Positions 34,738-46,200 of a DNA stretch of 64,000 nucleotides are shown piece after piece. Under the pieces are notes generated by a model. The model was not told the DNA's origin. It did no database searches and was given only the letters and a program-made list of their open reading frames with translations. Every line of letters begins with the position of its first letter. Position 1 is the stretch's first letter. Position numbers and translations under genes: made by a program. The stretch comes from a virus (Duplodnaviria > Caudoviricetes). The stretch lies in the IMG/VR virus record IMGVR_UViG_3300011883_000002, positions 1 to 64,000 of that record. The stretch is one strand, 5' to 3'.

Positions 34738-37700
34738 TGGCAAATATCATAACAGACGCAAAAGAGTTTGCAGGAGGTGGCTGGGATACAGAGACTGCGC
34801 TGGATAAAGTTGCTCCCCAGGATTTTGTTGGTGGTTTGAATATTCGGACTACCGGTTCGGATCGGCAGGAGCGTGGGAACGTAACTGATATTGAGTCAAC
34901 GGAACTGATTATCTCTCCTCGGGGCGAAGGTGTTTATACGACGGTATGCTCAAGATTCTTTAAAAAAGTTGATAGGTCTTATGCTTTGGTTCATCACGAT
35001 GGTGGCAAGCATTTGATTGTTGAGTTTAATAGGTTGACTCAGGAGGAGGTTGTTCTGTATGAGGATAAAAATGACAGCGGTGGAGTCCAGTTGATCCCCT
35101 TGAGCCTTGAAAAAAGGGTGTCCGATATAAAGCTTGTCCATGACAAGTTTTTGGTGTTTACAGACGGTTTGAGTTCGATTAAGTGTGTGAATATTGATAA
35201 ACTCAGGAATAAAACTGGCGTACTCACTGAGGAGTCTTTCAGTTTGATTAAAGCACCTCCACTTTCTGGGCCCTTCGTGTTTTACAATGATGATTCCAGT
35301 AGGGGTTCAAATCTGTTGCAGAAGAAACTATTCCAGTTCATCTCCCAGTACGAGTATAATGATTATATGCCAAGCGTTTGGAGTTCTACTTCGAATAGGC
35401 CGGTGCCGGATAGTGAGTTGGCTCCTGGTTCATCGACTGATGTAACGAAAAACAACAACCTTGTGGTTTTTGTGGATGCCGGTTCTGCTGATGTTCAGAA
35501 AGTAAATGTTGCTGCCAGGGATGGAATTTACGACTGGTATCTTGTGAGGTCTGTTGATCGGTCTTACATCACCTCTTTACCGAATTATGGTATTGATGTT
35601 TCGAATGGGGTTATGGAAGCTTATGATCCGGAAACGAATAAATACTCTTTTGCTTTTTATAACGATGGCGAGTATCAGTCATTGGATCAATTGGAGGTAG
35701 ATTCTTACTACGACAGGGTTCCTGAGACTGCAGAGACTTTAGAGATTGTAAATGGTAATATCTTGGCTTTGGGTGGCCTTAGAGAAGGGAAAGTCCGTCC
35801 GGATACGAAGGTTAAGTTTGAGGTTACTTACTACAAGCCTAATGTGAATACGGTGCCTGTTGATCAGTCCAATGCATTGAAGGTCGCTGATTCTCGTATT
35901 AACGAATATGTGAATGGGATTCGGGTTAAACAGGAGATTACGCTGACTGGTCAACCAAAGATCGGTGATGTGATTACTGTTATGACCTATAACAACAAAA
36001 ATCCTCAGGAGCGGTCGGAGTACACTTATACTGCAGTTTTGGCTGATCAGAATAATCTTTACGGATTTATAGACAATTTGGTTTCTAAACTGGGGCTTCA
36101 GGGGGAGCGTGTGGGGAACAAGCTTTTCATAATCCTCAGAGAGTACCATGCTATGCAATCTTTCATCATCACCTTGGCTAATACTGTTTCCGGACCTTCA
36201 AAATCGATCAGATCAATGAAGACCAATAGCAGCTATCAGTTTGCGTTAAGGTATCGCGATAAGTATGGCCGGTTCTTCCCTTTGATTACCGGTAGGGACT
36301 TCGTGATCAATACTCGAAGCCTGGCTCAAAGCAATGGGTTGCTGCCGGAGGTCACTTGGACTCTTCAGAGTGAGAATGCTCCTGAGGGTGCTGCAGATTA
36401 TCAAATTATGATTTCAGAGAATAGTACTCACCAAGAGATCATTTACGCTAATGGAAAGCTGTCTCAGACCGCTGCGGATTATTACGAGCTGGATATTACT
36501 CCTTTGTATGACTTCAATCGACGGAACCCGAGTTCTGTACTGACTTATGAGTACGTGGAAGGGGATAGGGTTACTTTTGTCCAGTACTCAATGAATGTTC
36601 TTCCTAATCAGTATTTGTTCTTCAATGACGAGTTGGTAGATCTGCAGGTGTTGGGTTTTGAAATTAAAGTGACAGAGGTTGAGGGCCAGCCTAAAAAGAC
36701 TCAGTACATCCTTAGGGTTTCTAAAACCAGTCGCTTGGATAGCAAGCTATTCGATTTGTCGAATATATTGGTAGAGATATACCGGCCAAAGAAACGAGCG
36801 GATAAGACATCTCCAACTGATAATTTGTGGTTTGAGTTTGGCGAACGGTACACTATTGCTGATGGTAAGCATGAAACTATGACCGGTCTTATTCGTGAGG
36901 CAGATACTTTTTACAAGACAAGAAGCTATGCTTTGGCCACTGATCTGAATGTTCTCCAGCAGTATCTCGTTGAGGACTTCAATTTTAGTGATCATTATCC
37001 TTCGAGGTTTACTTCTTATGGTAGGGGTGGGTATTATGATGACGAGCCCGGATTAGTAGACAGGGGGGCTTATTTCCGTTATTCTGATCCATCCATACCA
37101 GGTGCGAAATATATGGGCTTAAATCGCTTCTATGCTGAGCGTCTGTATGGCGAAGGCCCTGGGGAAACTTCATCCAGTTATGGAACGATTATGAAGATGC
37201 GTATGAGGGATAGCTTCCTTGTTGTCGTGCAGCAGACTCGTGTATGCCATGTGCCGGTTAACCTGTCAATCCTTTCTGATCAGGCCGGAAATCAGAATGT
37301 TTCGGTTTCAGACAGACTCTTCAATAAGGCTGTGTATATCGCCAGCGGAAATCGTGGAATAGGATCCTTGAAGGAGTCTTATGCGGAGAGCGAGAACGGA
37401 ACGATTTACTTTGTGGATGCTTCAACCTATCTGCCGGTCCGTGATGGTTATGATGGGGTAAAGGTTTTGTCTGTTAAGATTGAAAGAGCTTTGCAGGACT
37501 TCATTAAAAGCGTTGTCCTTTCGGGAGGTAAAATCATTGGTGCTTTCGATGACACGCATCATGAGTTCTTGCTTACTGCTTTGTTTCCGGACGGTGTTGC
37601 TGATGTTACTTGGGTTTGGGGTGAGGATGATAACCGATGGGGGGCCCCAAGGTCTATCACTCCGGAAAGTGGGTTCTCTGCAGGGGATAATTTTTACTCT

Positions 37701-38147
37701 TACAAAAGCGGCAAACTTTGGAAGCATGATTTGGATATTGTTCCAAGGAATAACTTCTACGGTAGCCAGTACGTTTCTGAGATAGAGTTTGTGGCTAATG
37801 GGAGTCGGGGTGTTCTAAAGACATTCAGGTCGCTGAGTTACGAAGCTAGTGATTTGATGGTAACTCCAGTCGATGGTATTCAAACATCCACCGGCCAGTT
37901 GTCTGAGTTGTCGGGATCAGAGTTTTTGACAGACACTTTGGATGATGGCACTAATCAAGTTTATATCTACCAGCAGGAGGGGGTTTATTCCGCAGGGTTC
38001 CTGTTTGACAAGGCTGCAGGATTGCTGAGTGGAGTGCCATTGAAGGGTTCGTACATTAAAATTCGATTACGTTCAGTAAACGCTGGTAAACTTGTGTTGC
38101 GGAATGTTGTAGTTAAGAGCATTCCAAGCTTCATTGGAACGAGGTAG
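34737..38147 (+). CDS. tail nozzle / stabilisation protein (P22 gp10 / T7 gp12 analogue)
   Basis: 1136 aa, beta-rich, directly before ejection proteins. Confidence 0.7.
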   Translation: MANIITDAKEFAGGGWDTETALDKVAPQDFVGGLNIRTTGSDRQERGNVTDIESTELIISPRGEGVYTTVCSRFFKKVDRSYALVHHDGGKHLIVEFNRLTQEEVVLYEDKNDSGGVQLIPLSLEKRVSDIKLVHDKFLVFTDGLSSIKCVNIDKLRNKTGVLTEESFSLIKAPPLSGPFVFYNDDSSRGSNLLQKKLFQFISQYEYNDYMPSVWSSTSNRPVPDSELAPGSSTDVTKNNNLVVFVDAGSADVQKVNVAARDGIYDWYLVRSVDRSYITSLPNYGIDVSNGVMEAYDPETNKYSFAFYNDGEYQSLDQLEVDSYYDRVPETAETLEIVNGNILALGGLREGKVRPDTKVKFEVTYYKPNVNTVPVDQSNALKVADSRINEYVNGIRVKQEITLTGQPKIGDVITVMTYNNKNPQERSEYTYTAVLADQNNLYGFIDNLVSKLGLQGERVGNKLFIILREYHAMQSFIITLANTVSGPSKSIRSMKTNSSYQFALRYRDKYGRFFPLITGRDFVINTRSLAQSNGLLPEVTWTLQSENAPEGAADYQIMISENSTHQEIIYANGKLSQTAADYYELDITPLYDFNRRNPSSVLTYEYVEGDRVTFVQYSMNVLPNQYLFFNDELVDLQVLGFEIKVTEVEGQPKKTQYILRVSKTSRLDSKLFDLSNILVEIYRPKKRADKTSPTDNLWFEFGERYTIADGKHETMTGLIREADTFYKTRSYALATDLNVLQQYLVEDFNFSDHYPSRFTSYGRGGYYDDEPGLVDRGAYFRYSDPSIPGAKYMGLNRFYAERLYGEGPGETSSSYGTIMKMRMRDSFLVVVQQTRVCHVPVNLSILSDQAGNQNVSVSDRLFNKAVYIASGNRGIGSLKESYAESENGTIYFVDASTYLPVRDGYDGVKVLSVKIERALQDFIKSVVLSGGKIIGAFDDTHHEFLLTALFPDGVADVTWVWGEDDNRWGAPRSITPESGFSAGDNFYSYKSGKLWKHDLDIVPRNNFYGSQYVSEIEFVANGSRGVLKTFRSLSYEASDLMVTPVDGIQTSTGQLSELSGSEFLTDTLDDGTNQVYIYQQEGVYSAGFLFDKAAGLLSGVPLKGSYIKIRLRSVNAGKLVLRNVVVKSIPSFIGTR

Positions 38148-38187
38148 TAATTAAAGTATCTTTACACTAATTATAGGAGGAAATATT

Positions 38188-38874
38188 ATGGCGTTAGGTA
38201 TCGCATTGGCTGGGATTGGTGCATTAGCCAAGGGGCTTACGGGGGTGGCACAGGGCATTAAAGCAAACAGAATAGATAGGAATAATGCTCGGCCTACCCA
38301 GGTTGTGCAGAATGAGTATTACCAGAACTTAGCTCAAGCTGAAATGATGGCTCAGCAAGGCTTACCTGCGGCTGAATATAATCTTGTTCAGCAGGGGATC
38401 AATAGAAATCAGTCTGGTGTTTTAAGAACACTGGGGAGGAGTGCTAATCCTGGTGCCGGTTTGGCCGCTGTTCTTCGGGCAAGTAACGATGCAAATCTTA
38501 GATTGAATGCTCAAAGTGGTGCTGTTCGTCAGCAAAATCAAAGAGGTGTTATGCAGCAGCGGCAGATCATGGCAGGTCAAAAGCAGGAAGCGTTTGATTG
38601 GAATGAGAAATCTCAGTATTTGGCTAAGGCGGCACAGGCGCAAGCATTGCGTGGTGCAGGAGCTCAGAACTTAATGGGTGCTTTTGGTGATGCATCTCAG
38701 ATTGGCATGATGGCCGAAGCTCAAGAAAATGGTGGTGGTCAAACAGGATTCCCTATGTTGGGTACTGTTTCCCCTGCTGGGCCTCTCCGTTATGATTATA
38801 GGGGAGGTGGTTTATTTAATGCAATGAACCTGTATGGCACATCAAATAACGGTACTGGAGGCCGTAGGGTTTAA
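38188..38874 (+). CDS. internal virion (ejection) protein
   Basis: Hydrophobic G/A-rich N-terminus, Q/A-rich helices; gp14-like position. Confidence 0.65.
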   Translation: MALGIALAGIGALAKGLTGVAQGIKANRIDRNNARPTQVVQNEYYQNLAQAEMMAQQGLPAAEYNLVQQGINRNQSGVLRTLGRSANPGAGLAAVLRASNDANLRLNAQSGAVRQQNQRGVMQQRQIMAGQKQEAFDWNEKSQYLAKAAQAQALRGAGAQNLMGAFGDASQIGMMAEAQENGGGQTGFPMLGTVSPAGPLRYDYRGGGLFNAMNLYGTSNNGTGGRRV

Positions 38875-38876
38875 TT

Positions 38877-40265
38877 ATGGCTATAGATAGAACCGAAGCT
38901 GCCCTGTACGGCAAAGGCCAAGGAGGGGCATTCGTATGGGGAGAGAACACGGCCCTTAAAGGCTTAAAAGAATTTCAGAAGCAGGATCAGCTTCGTCGAA
39001 TGAAGGAGGACGCTGAGATTCAGGAGTCCATGTCTAAGATTTCAACTGATGGGGCTCGTACTCAGGATTTACCTGAAATCCTAACTCGATATCAAGGAGT
39101 TAAACAGACCTTCGCTAAGCTAAAAGGCACTACCAATCCTCAGGAAAGGATAAAACTACAAACGGAGTATAATGAGAAGAAAATGGAAGTTAGTAGAGCT
39201 GTAGAAGCTTCCAAGACTTATGCTGCTACTTTGGTTGAGGCTGGAAAATTGAGATTAACGAGGCCCGACGATCTCTCTGACACCTATGCGAAAGATTTTG
39301 CTGAGGTATCAGGATTGAGTGTTTTTGACCCAAAGACACCTGAGCGTGTCAATGCTTTTATGGCTACAGCTGTTGCTCCTAAATTTGATCACATGGGTTA
39401 CTCTAAGAAAATATTAGATAGGTCAGTAGAACAGATACAAGGCAAGGAAACTACGGTAAGAAGCGGATCGCTTACTCGGTTGCAACGAGAAGAAGGGGAG
39501 GCTTTAAACTTAGACAATGTTTTAAATAATTCAATCAATGCGTACACTAATGATCGTGATTTTAAGCGGTATGTTGATAGGACTTACAAAGGCCAAGAGC
39601 CTGAGGATGCGCTTAAAACTTACGCTTCGGAGTTGTACACAGCGAACAAGGATGCTTACAATAAAGTGAAGGTTAAAGATGTCGCAAGCCAGTGGGATCA
39701 GAGAGCACCTATCACTTCAGAGTATCAGCGTTGGCAGATGAGCAGGCCTCGTGAGGGTGAAAAACTTACTCAAGGAGAGCAACAAATTTCTGATCGTCAG
39801 CAGTGGATTGAAGATATGTGGAATAAAGTGCCAGGATCTGGAGAAAGATTGAAAAATATTGTTGCAGGTGTCGGGGGATATGATGGGGATGTTAAAATCA
39901 GGGTTAACGGAGATAAGATCAGAATTGGTGTCCCGGATAAGAGAGAGACAAGTGTTGATCAAGATGGGACGGTGAAAGTCAAAGTTGTTCCGGGTAGAGA
40001 GGTTGAGTTCAGTAGGAACGATCCTAATCAAAAACATAAGTTAAATGCTTTGCTGAATGACTTAACTGATGAGAAAGTAACTCCGAGTAAGTTTAACAGT
40101 TCGCCCAAGGGAAGATCTACCGCTTCTGCACCATCCGGAAAGTCTTCGGCAAAAGAAGTACCTTTATCGAAAGTAAAATCTTTGGTTGGTAAGCCTGGAT
40201 ATGAGGGCTACACAGAGAAGGAATTGGTTGATTATTACAAAAAACAAGGTTATAAAATCAAATAA
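38877..40265 (+). CDS. internal virion (ejection) protein
   Basis: Helical 462 aa; position. Confidence 0.6.
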   Translation: MAIDRTEAALYGKGQGGAFVWGENTALKGLKEFQKQDQLRRMKEDAEIQESMSKISTDGARTQDLPEILTRYQGVKQTFAKLKGTTNPQERIKLQTEYNEKKMEVSRAVEASKTYAATLVEAGKLRLTRPDDLSDTYAKDFAEVSGLSVFDPKTPERVNAFMATAVAPKFDHMGYSKKILDRSVEQIQGKETTVRSGSLTRLQREEGEALNLDNVLNNSINAYTNDRDFKRYVDRTYKGQEPEDALKTYASELYTANKDAYNKVKVKDVASQWDQRAPITSEYQRWQMSRPREGEKLTQGEQQISDRQQWIEDMWNKVPGSGERLKNIVAGVGGYDGDVKIRVNGDKIRIGVPDKRETSVDQDGTVKVKVVPGREVEFSRNDPNQKHKLNALLNDLTDEKVTPSKFNSSPKGRSTASAPSGKSSAKEVPLSKVKSLVGKPGYEGYTEKELVDYYKKQGYKIK

Positions 40266-40267
40266 CA

Positions 40268-43200
40268 ATGGAAGACGAATTATTACCACCACCACCGAGG
40301 AAAAAACAAGTTTCAGGAGATGATGGCTTACCGCTGCCACCTCCAAAAAAAAAAGGCGGTATCCGCTACTGCTGGCATAAATTCCAAAACTGGCTCAAGC
40401 TTAGAGTTTAATACGCCATTTGAAGATCCTACGCCATTAAAAGTCGTGCCTGCTTCGATCCCTATGCCTCCCAAGGAAAAGCCTCGAGTGAAACTGTCTT
40501 TTGGACTTACCACTGATACTAAGTCCCCTGATTTGAAGAACAATGGGGGGTTTGCTCAAGATATAGAGGCACACATTCTTGGAGACCGATCAACAAGTAT
40601 ATCACGGACTCTTTACGGTGCAGCCAAAGCTTACGATCAAGCCCAAGGGAAAGGTGCTTACTCAAACATTCAGCAGAAATCAATTAATAAAAAGCAAGAC
40701 GAACTCCGGGATTCTACAGAACCTCAGGCTTATGATGGTGCGGGTATGAATGTCGCAAAGGGGTTGAATATTGCTTATGAGGGGTTGCTAAAAACACCTC
40801 GCTTCCTTTATGGCTTAACCGCAGCTCCTCAGAATTTCTTGGCAGATCAACTTGATATTCCTGCCCTCGCGACCACTTACGACGACTTCCTTTCTAAGAC
40901 GAATACCACACTTGGATTTTCTCCATTGACCCAAATAGATCAGTTGGCTGATTATTATGCAGGCAATGCTGGGGAATTTGATAAGCGGACCAGGAAGTAC
41001 GATGATAATATCGTGATGAGTATTGGGAAAGGTAACTGGTCAGCAGCTGGGAGCCAAATTATTGATCAGATTGCGGAGTCCGCTCCGTCCATTGCTGTAA
41101 TGGCTATGACTTCCGGTGCCGGAAATGCAGCAAAGCTTGGTGAGGTAAGCAAAACTTTAGCTAGTGCGCTGCCTTTTATGTCTCAGAAGAATGCAGAACT
41201 TCAAAGGGACACTACTGTTCCTGAATGGAAGAAACCACTTGTGTCTGTTTTTAATGGTTTATCTGAGGTTATGATAGATCAGAAGTATGGCACTCAGGCC
41301 GCGATACAGGGCGTAGTTGACAAGTTTATGGCTGATGGTGCTGAGGTGGCTTTGGATGCCGGAGCCAAAATGGTTAAGGGGTATCTGCAGAAAGCTTTAT
41401 CTGGTGCGAAGGTTATCCAGCCTTTTATTGAAGGTGCTGCTGAAGAAGCTGCTACTCAGTTCGCGCAGAATATGCTTGACAAATATGCTTTGGGGAAAGA
41501 CATTGATCTTATGGACGGTGTTGCTGATGCCGCTATTGTTGGTGGTGTTATGACTGGGGGAATTACTACTGCCGGAAATATCATCATGCCAAAGAATAAA
41601 AAATCAGTTACTGATCTGCATGCCCAGCAAGAGGCTTTGCTTAATGAATTGGATAATCCGGACTTGGCCCCTGAAAGTAAAGAAGCTATTGCTGAGATGC
41701 TTGAGCAAAATCATGCTGAAATCGAGACTGTAACTTCTCAGGACCTAAAGGATTATAATTCCTTGTCAGATACTCAAAAATCCCAGCTTGAAACAATGGT
41801 TAGTGGCCGATCTGTGGCTGAGACTATTGTTAATGATCCTACGGCTTCTCAGGCTGTAAAGGATGCGGCTCAGAAGAAAATTGACGCTATCGACAAAGGG
41901 ATTGATGCGATCAAACCTGAGGAAAAGGAGACAAAGAAAGCAGTTCCTGTTCCGGCTGCAGTAGCTGAAGTGGAGGCTGTATCTGTGGAGCCGCCTATGA
42001 ATGATGCTCCTATTTCTGAATCTTTGCAAGGAGGCGTGTTCTATATGAACGGTGATCGCGGTGTGGTCGCCCTGGATGGCCAAACTGTAGTGTTCGAAAC
42101 CAATGATAAGATAGTGGAGCTTGGGAATATCGAGGAGCTTTCTGAAAGCCGCTTGAGTGAATTTGGTATTGAGATGGAGCAGCAGCTGGATCTTAATATC
42201 AGTGACGACATGGCCACTGTTTCTATTGATGGGGAGACTTATACCAATCCAAATGAAAACTTTACTGATGCCCTGAATTATGATACCAAGGGTGGGGTGA
42301 TCAGTGTTACGCTGCTTAATGAAAAAGGTCAGCGGAGAACTCTTCGCGGTGAAAAAGGTCAACAAATAGCTCACGAGTACATACTTAAACAATTTGAAAA
42401 TGAAGCAAACGACACAGACATTGCCAGCGCAATCAAACAGGCAGACACAATTATCAGAACTGAAATTGAAACTGAGCCAGTTGACACCGAAACAGCGGAT
42501 CAAGGTATTGAGTTCGAACCAGAAGCAGCAGGAGAAACAGTAAGGCCTGAGGTGCCTAAGGTTAAGCCACGCATTCCGGTAGAAGCTAAGCCAGGTAAAT
42601 TGAGCACCCGGATAAAGGACATCGTTAAGAATGCTCCGTCAAGCGCACAAGAGTCTATTTCGCATTTCTTCCTCAAGGGCGGTAAGGTGAGTACTGATGA
42701 TTTTATAGCTGGGACCGGCTTCGGCTTTCTCAAGGTGGATCGTAATGGCCGCAAGGTAAAGCTTAACCCTGCTGAGACAGCTCAATACCTGGCTAATGGT
42801 AAGTTGGTCACAGGAGAGCGAGTTATCATGTCTGAGGAGCTTAGAATGGCTAAACTGAGAGGACTTGTTGCCGACAAGAGTAAGGGTGGGCTGGCCGCTG
42901 ATGATATTGCTAAAAACAGAATAGATCGGTTCGGCCAGGATGAGCTTTCTATGGTTCAGGAGTTGGTTAATTCTGCTGCCATGAGTAGAGAGGATTTGGT
43001 GTCTCAAGCTGAAAAGAATGCTGAAGCTGCTGAGTTGTTTGGTTATAGTCCGGCAGAGCTTGCCGCCATGGAAGCTGAACAATACAATGAGTTCATAGAG
43101 TTTATGAATGCCTTGTCGGATGAGGAGATTGAGGGGTTGTCGGAGGGGATAAGGAATGAGGTTCTTCAGAAGGCTAATGAACGCTTAAATCGCAAGCCTC

Positions 43201-46200
43201 CTGAGCAGTTATTCACACCTGTAGAGATTAGAATGGCAAACGAATTAATTGATAAGCATACGGATAAAGATGGTAACTTAGATTTCGATGCTTTAGAGGC
43301 TGATTATTACCAAAACATACATGGCCGTGGAGGGTTTGAGTTTGTTGGTGCCGAGCCTGTGTTTAAACAAATTTTAGAAAACGGATATGAAAACTTTAAC
43401 GAAAGAACAAAAAACAAAAAACCTGCTTCAAGTGCTAACAGCGAAAGCAATAGCCAAAATGACTCCGGGGCAGTTGAAGAAGCTAAACCAAAGCCAGCAG
43501 AAGTAAAGCCTGTTTCTGAGGGAAAAAAGTCAAGCGGAGGGTTTGACACTTGGACAGATAGTGATCTTGAAAATGAATGGAATGATTTAGAAACAGATAG
43601 AAGTCCTGAAGGTAAGAAGCGATTCAAGCAGGTTGAGGATGAGCTAATCAGGCGGGAAAGAAGCAGCATATTTGATGTAGATGTTGATGATATACCTTCT
43701 GTGCTCCGTGCGATGGATAAAAAAAGGAAATCAGGAACTGACACTTTTATGGAGGTTAGTGAGGGGCGTAGGGTATTGGGTGTTTCTGAAAGATATTCCT
43801 CAACTGAAAGATCAAAAAGGACCAATTCCGAGTTAATCAAGGACTTTATTAAAGGGCTCAGGGGATCTCCTGAAAGTGATTATGCTGATGGACTATTATT
43901 CAGAGAGGCGGCAAAAGAATTTATTAGCCGCGGAGGAACCACAAGTGAGTTAATCCAAGAAGCGAAAGGTGTTTATAAAGATTTCAGTGATGCAGAAGCA
44001 GCTCAAACAGTTGCAGGAATGCTTAAAAGGATTTTTGGAGACACAAAGGCTTCTCCAGTAGAAACTAATTCTTCTAGGATATTAGACAATAATAAAGCTC
44101 CTGTCTCTGAGGCAATGGCTGAACCTTCTAAAAAGGAAGGGTTGCTCCGTTCTGTACAGGAGAAGCTTAAATTAAGTGAAGAGGAAGTTGCCAGGAAGAA
44201 AGCATTGGCAAGCAAATTCAGAACCTTCAATGATGCTTCTCGTATGGCGACTTTGGTCTTTGATCCGGAGTTCCGTGAATATGCTGGGTTGGTGTTTAAA
44301 GATGCGCTTGGAGATTTTGCTGGGTTCTCTGCTGAGATTGTTGATAACGTAGGTGAAGGCATTAGGGGTTATCTTCCTCAGTTGTACCAAGAGTTAGGCG
44401 GCAAAGATAATGTAGGTGCATCTCCTGTTACTGAGGCTGTAGAGCCCGTAAAAGCAAGCACTTCTTTTACTGTACTAGCCCACAAGAACGTTAGCAGTGA
44501 GGAGATTTCTGACACACTGAACAATATTGAGCGAGAAACTGGAAGAGAGCTAACAGACGAAGAAAAGCAGTATAAGGTAACTAAGAGAATGGATGCCGCA
44601 CGACATGGTGCTGATGTGGTACAGAAGGCTCGTGAGGAGTTTGGTGACGACGATTACGCTATGAAACTTCTGGATTACATTAAAACTAATCCTACTGTTT
44701 CGGTCGAGAATAGGTCGCTAATCATAATTAGTCTAGAGAATGAACTTGAACGGAGAATAACAGAGGAGCCTCACAATGCTGAGCCATTAAATAAGCAGTT
44801 GAAGTTGGTTCGGGACTTCTCTACCGTCCAACAGAGAAGTGCGGCTATTGCTAACGGATATGGTATCCTTAGGCAGCTTATTAGGGTTGGATTTCAGTTG
44901 AATGAGGCGGCAGACAAGATGTTCTCAGCTAAACAAAAGGAATCCCGGTCCAAGGTCACTAAGGCTGTTCAGTCCGATGCTGATGCTATTAATGCTGCGG
45001 CAGATGCGGTGGAGGTGAGTACCGATGAAGTTATTGAAGCTCGTATTGAGGAGGCCGTTCGTAAGGGTGTAGAAGCAGAGATTGATGCTGTTTATAAAAA
45101 GATGCCTTCGAAAATGAGGGCTCGTGCTGATAAAGCTATTGCGGCTATTGAGCAGTTTCAAAAGAAATTACGCAGTATGGCGTATGACGCTTCAATAGGT
45201 TTGCCAGTTGCTATTCTTGATTCAGGGCTTACAACCATAAAATACGCTATTAAGGCAGGTGTTAAGATTGCGGATGCTATTGAGTTAGGGATTGACAAAA
45301 TCAATAGCCAGTACGGTAAGAAGTGGGATAAGGAGGATCAATTCCGTCAGGATATGCTTCAGGGCTTCAAGGACAATAATATCGACGTAGATCAAGGTAA
45401 GAATAGTTCGAGGGGGAGAAAGGTTCTTACAGAGGCTGAAAGGCTTGAGAAAGCTAAAGAGAATGTCCGCGGACGTATTGCTGAAATCCAGTCCGAGATC
45501 GCGAATAAGAAACGTGAGTTGAAGGCAAGGAACATTCTTAATCCAGATGCCGAGCTTGAAGGGTTATTGGCACAGGAGGAGCAGCTTAAAAAGCTTCGTG
45601 ATAAAATCCTTCCACCGGCACCAGATCCTAATGCTACTCAGAAAAAAATTGATGCCCAGGTTACTCGTTTGACAAATGAGGTAGCTGATTTGGAGGAGCA
45701 GATACGGAGAGGAGAAAAGGATGCTTATGCTGCAAACCAAAATCCTCTTACAAGCCCTGAAATCGAAAGGCTGAAGGCTGAGAAAAAAGCAAGACTCGCA
45801 ATGCTCGAGGCTTTAGATCCGGATCCTGGCACAATGGTTCGTGAGGCGTTGATTGATGCTGGTAACGGCAGAGAAGCTACGGTTACGGTTGTCCGTAAGG
45901 ATGCTAATGGAAATGATGTTCGTGTGAAGGAGAAAAGGACTGTCCTTGACTGGAAGAAGCTCGCAGGGGCAGAAGGTTCGGTTGATAAAATTCAGGCTAA
46001 GGTGGAGGCTTACATGGCTTCAAGAGGGTATTCCGCAGGTGAGATCGTTAGAATGCAGGCTAAGTTTGTCGCTGAGTATAATGCTTTACGTGCTTCCATC
46101 ATTGAGAAGTCGCTGAATGAGCTTGAGAGAAGAAACACTGAGAAGGAGCCTGTAGAAGTTAAGTCGAGTGCACGTAGATTAGCAGAGCTTTATAACATGG

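Noticed and set aside
40320-40344. ORF-track start MMAYRCHLQ for the giant protein
   Set aside because: It lies inside the upstream reading frame with no A-rich initiation context; ATG 40268 is better placed and gives a coherent repeated LPPPP-KK N-terminus.
40345-40380. Classic -1 frameshift at A_AAA_AAG
   Set aside because: The -1 frame stops within a few codons (GCA TAA); only +1/-2 or loss of one A reaches the long ORF.
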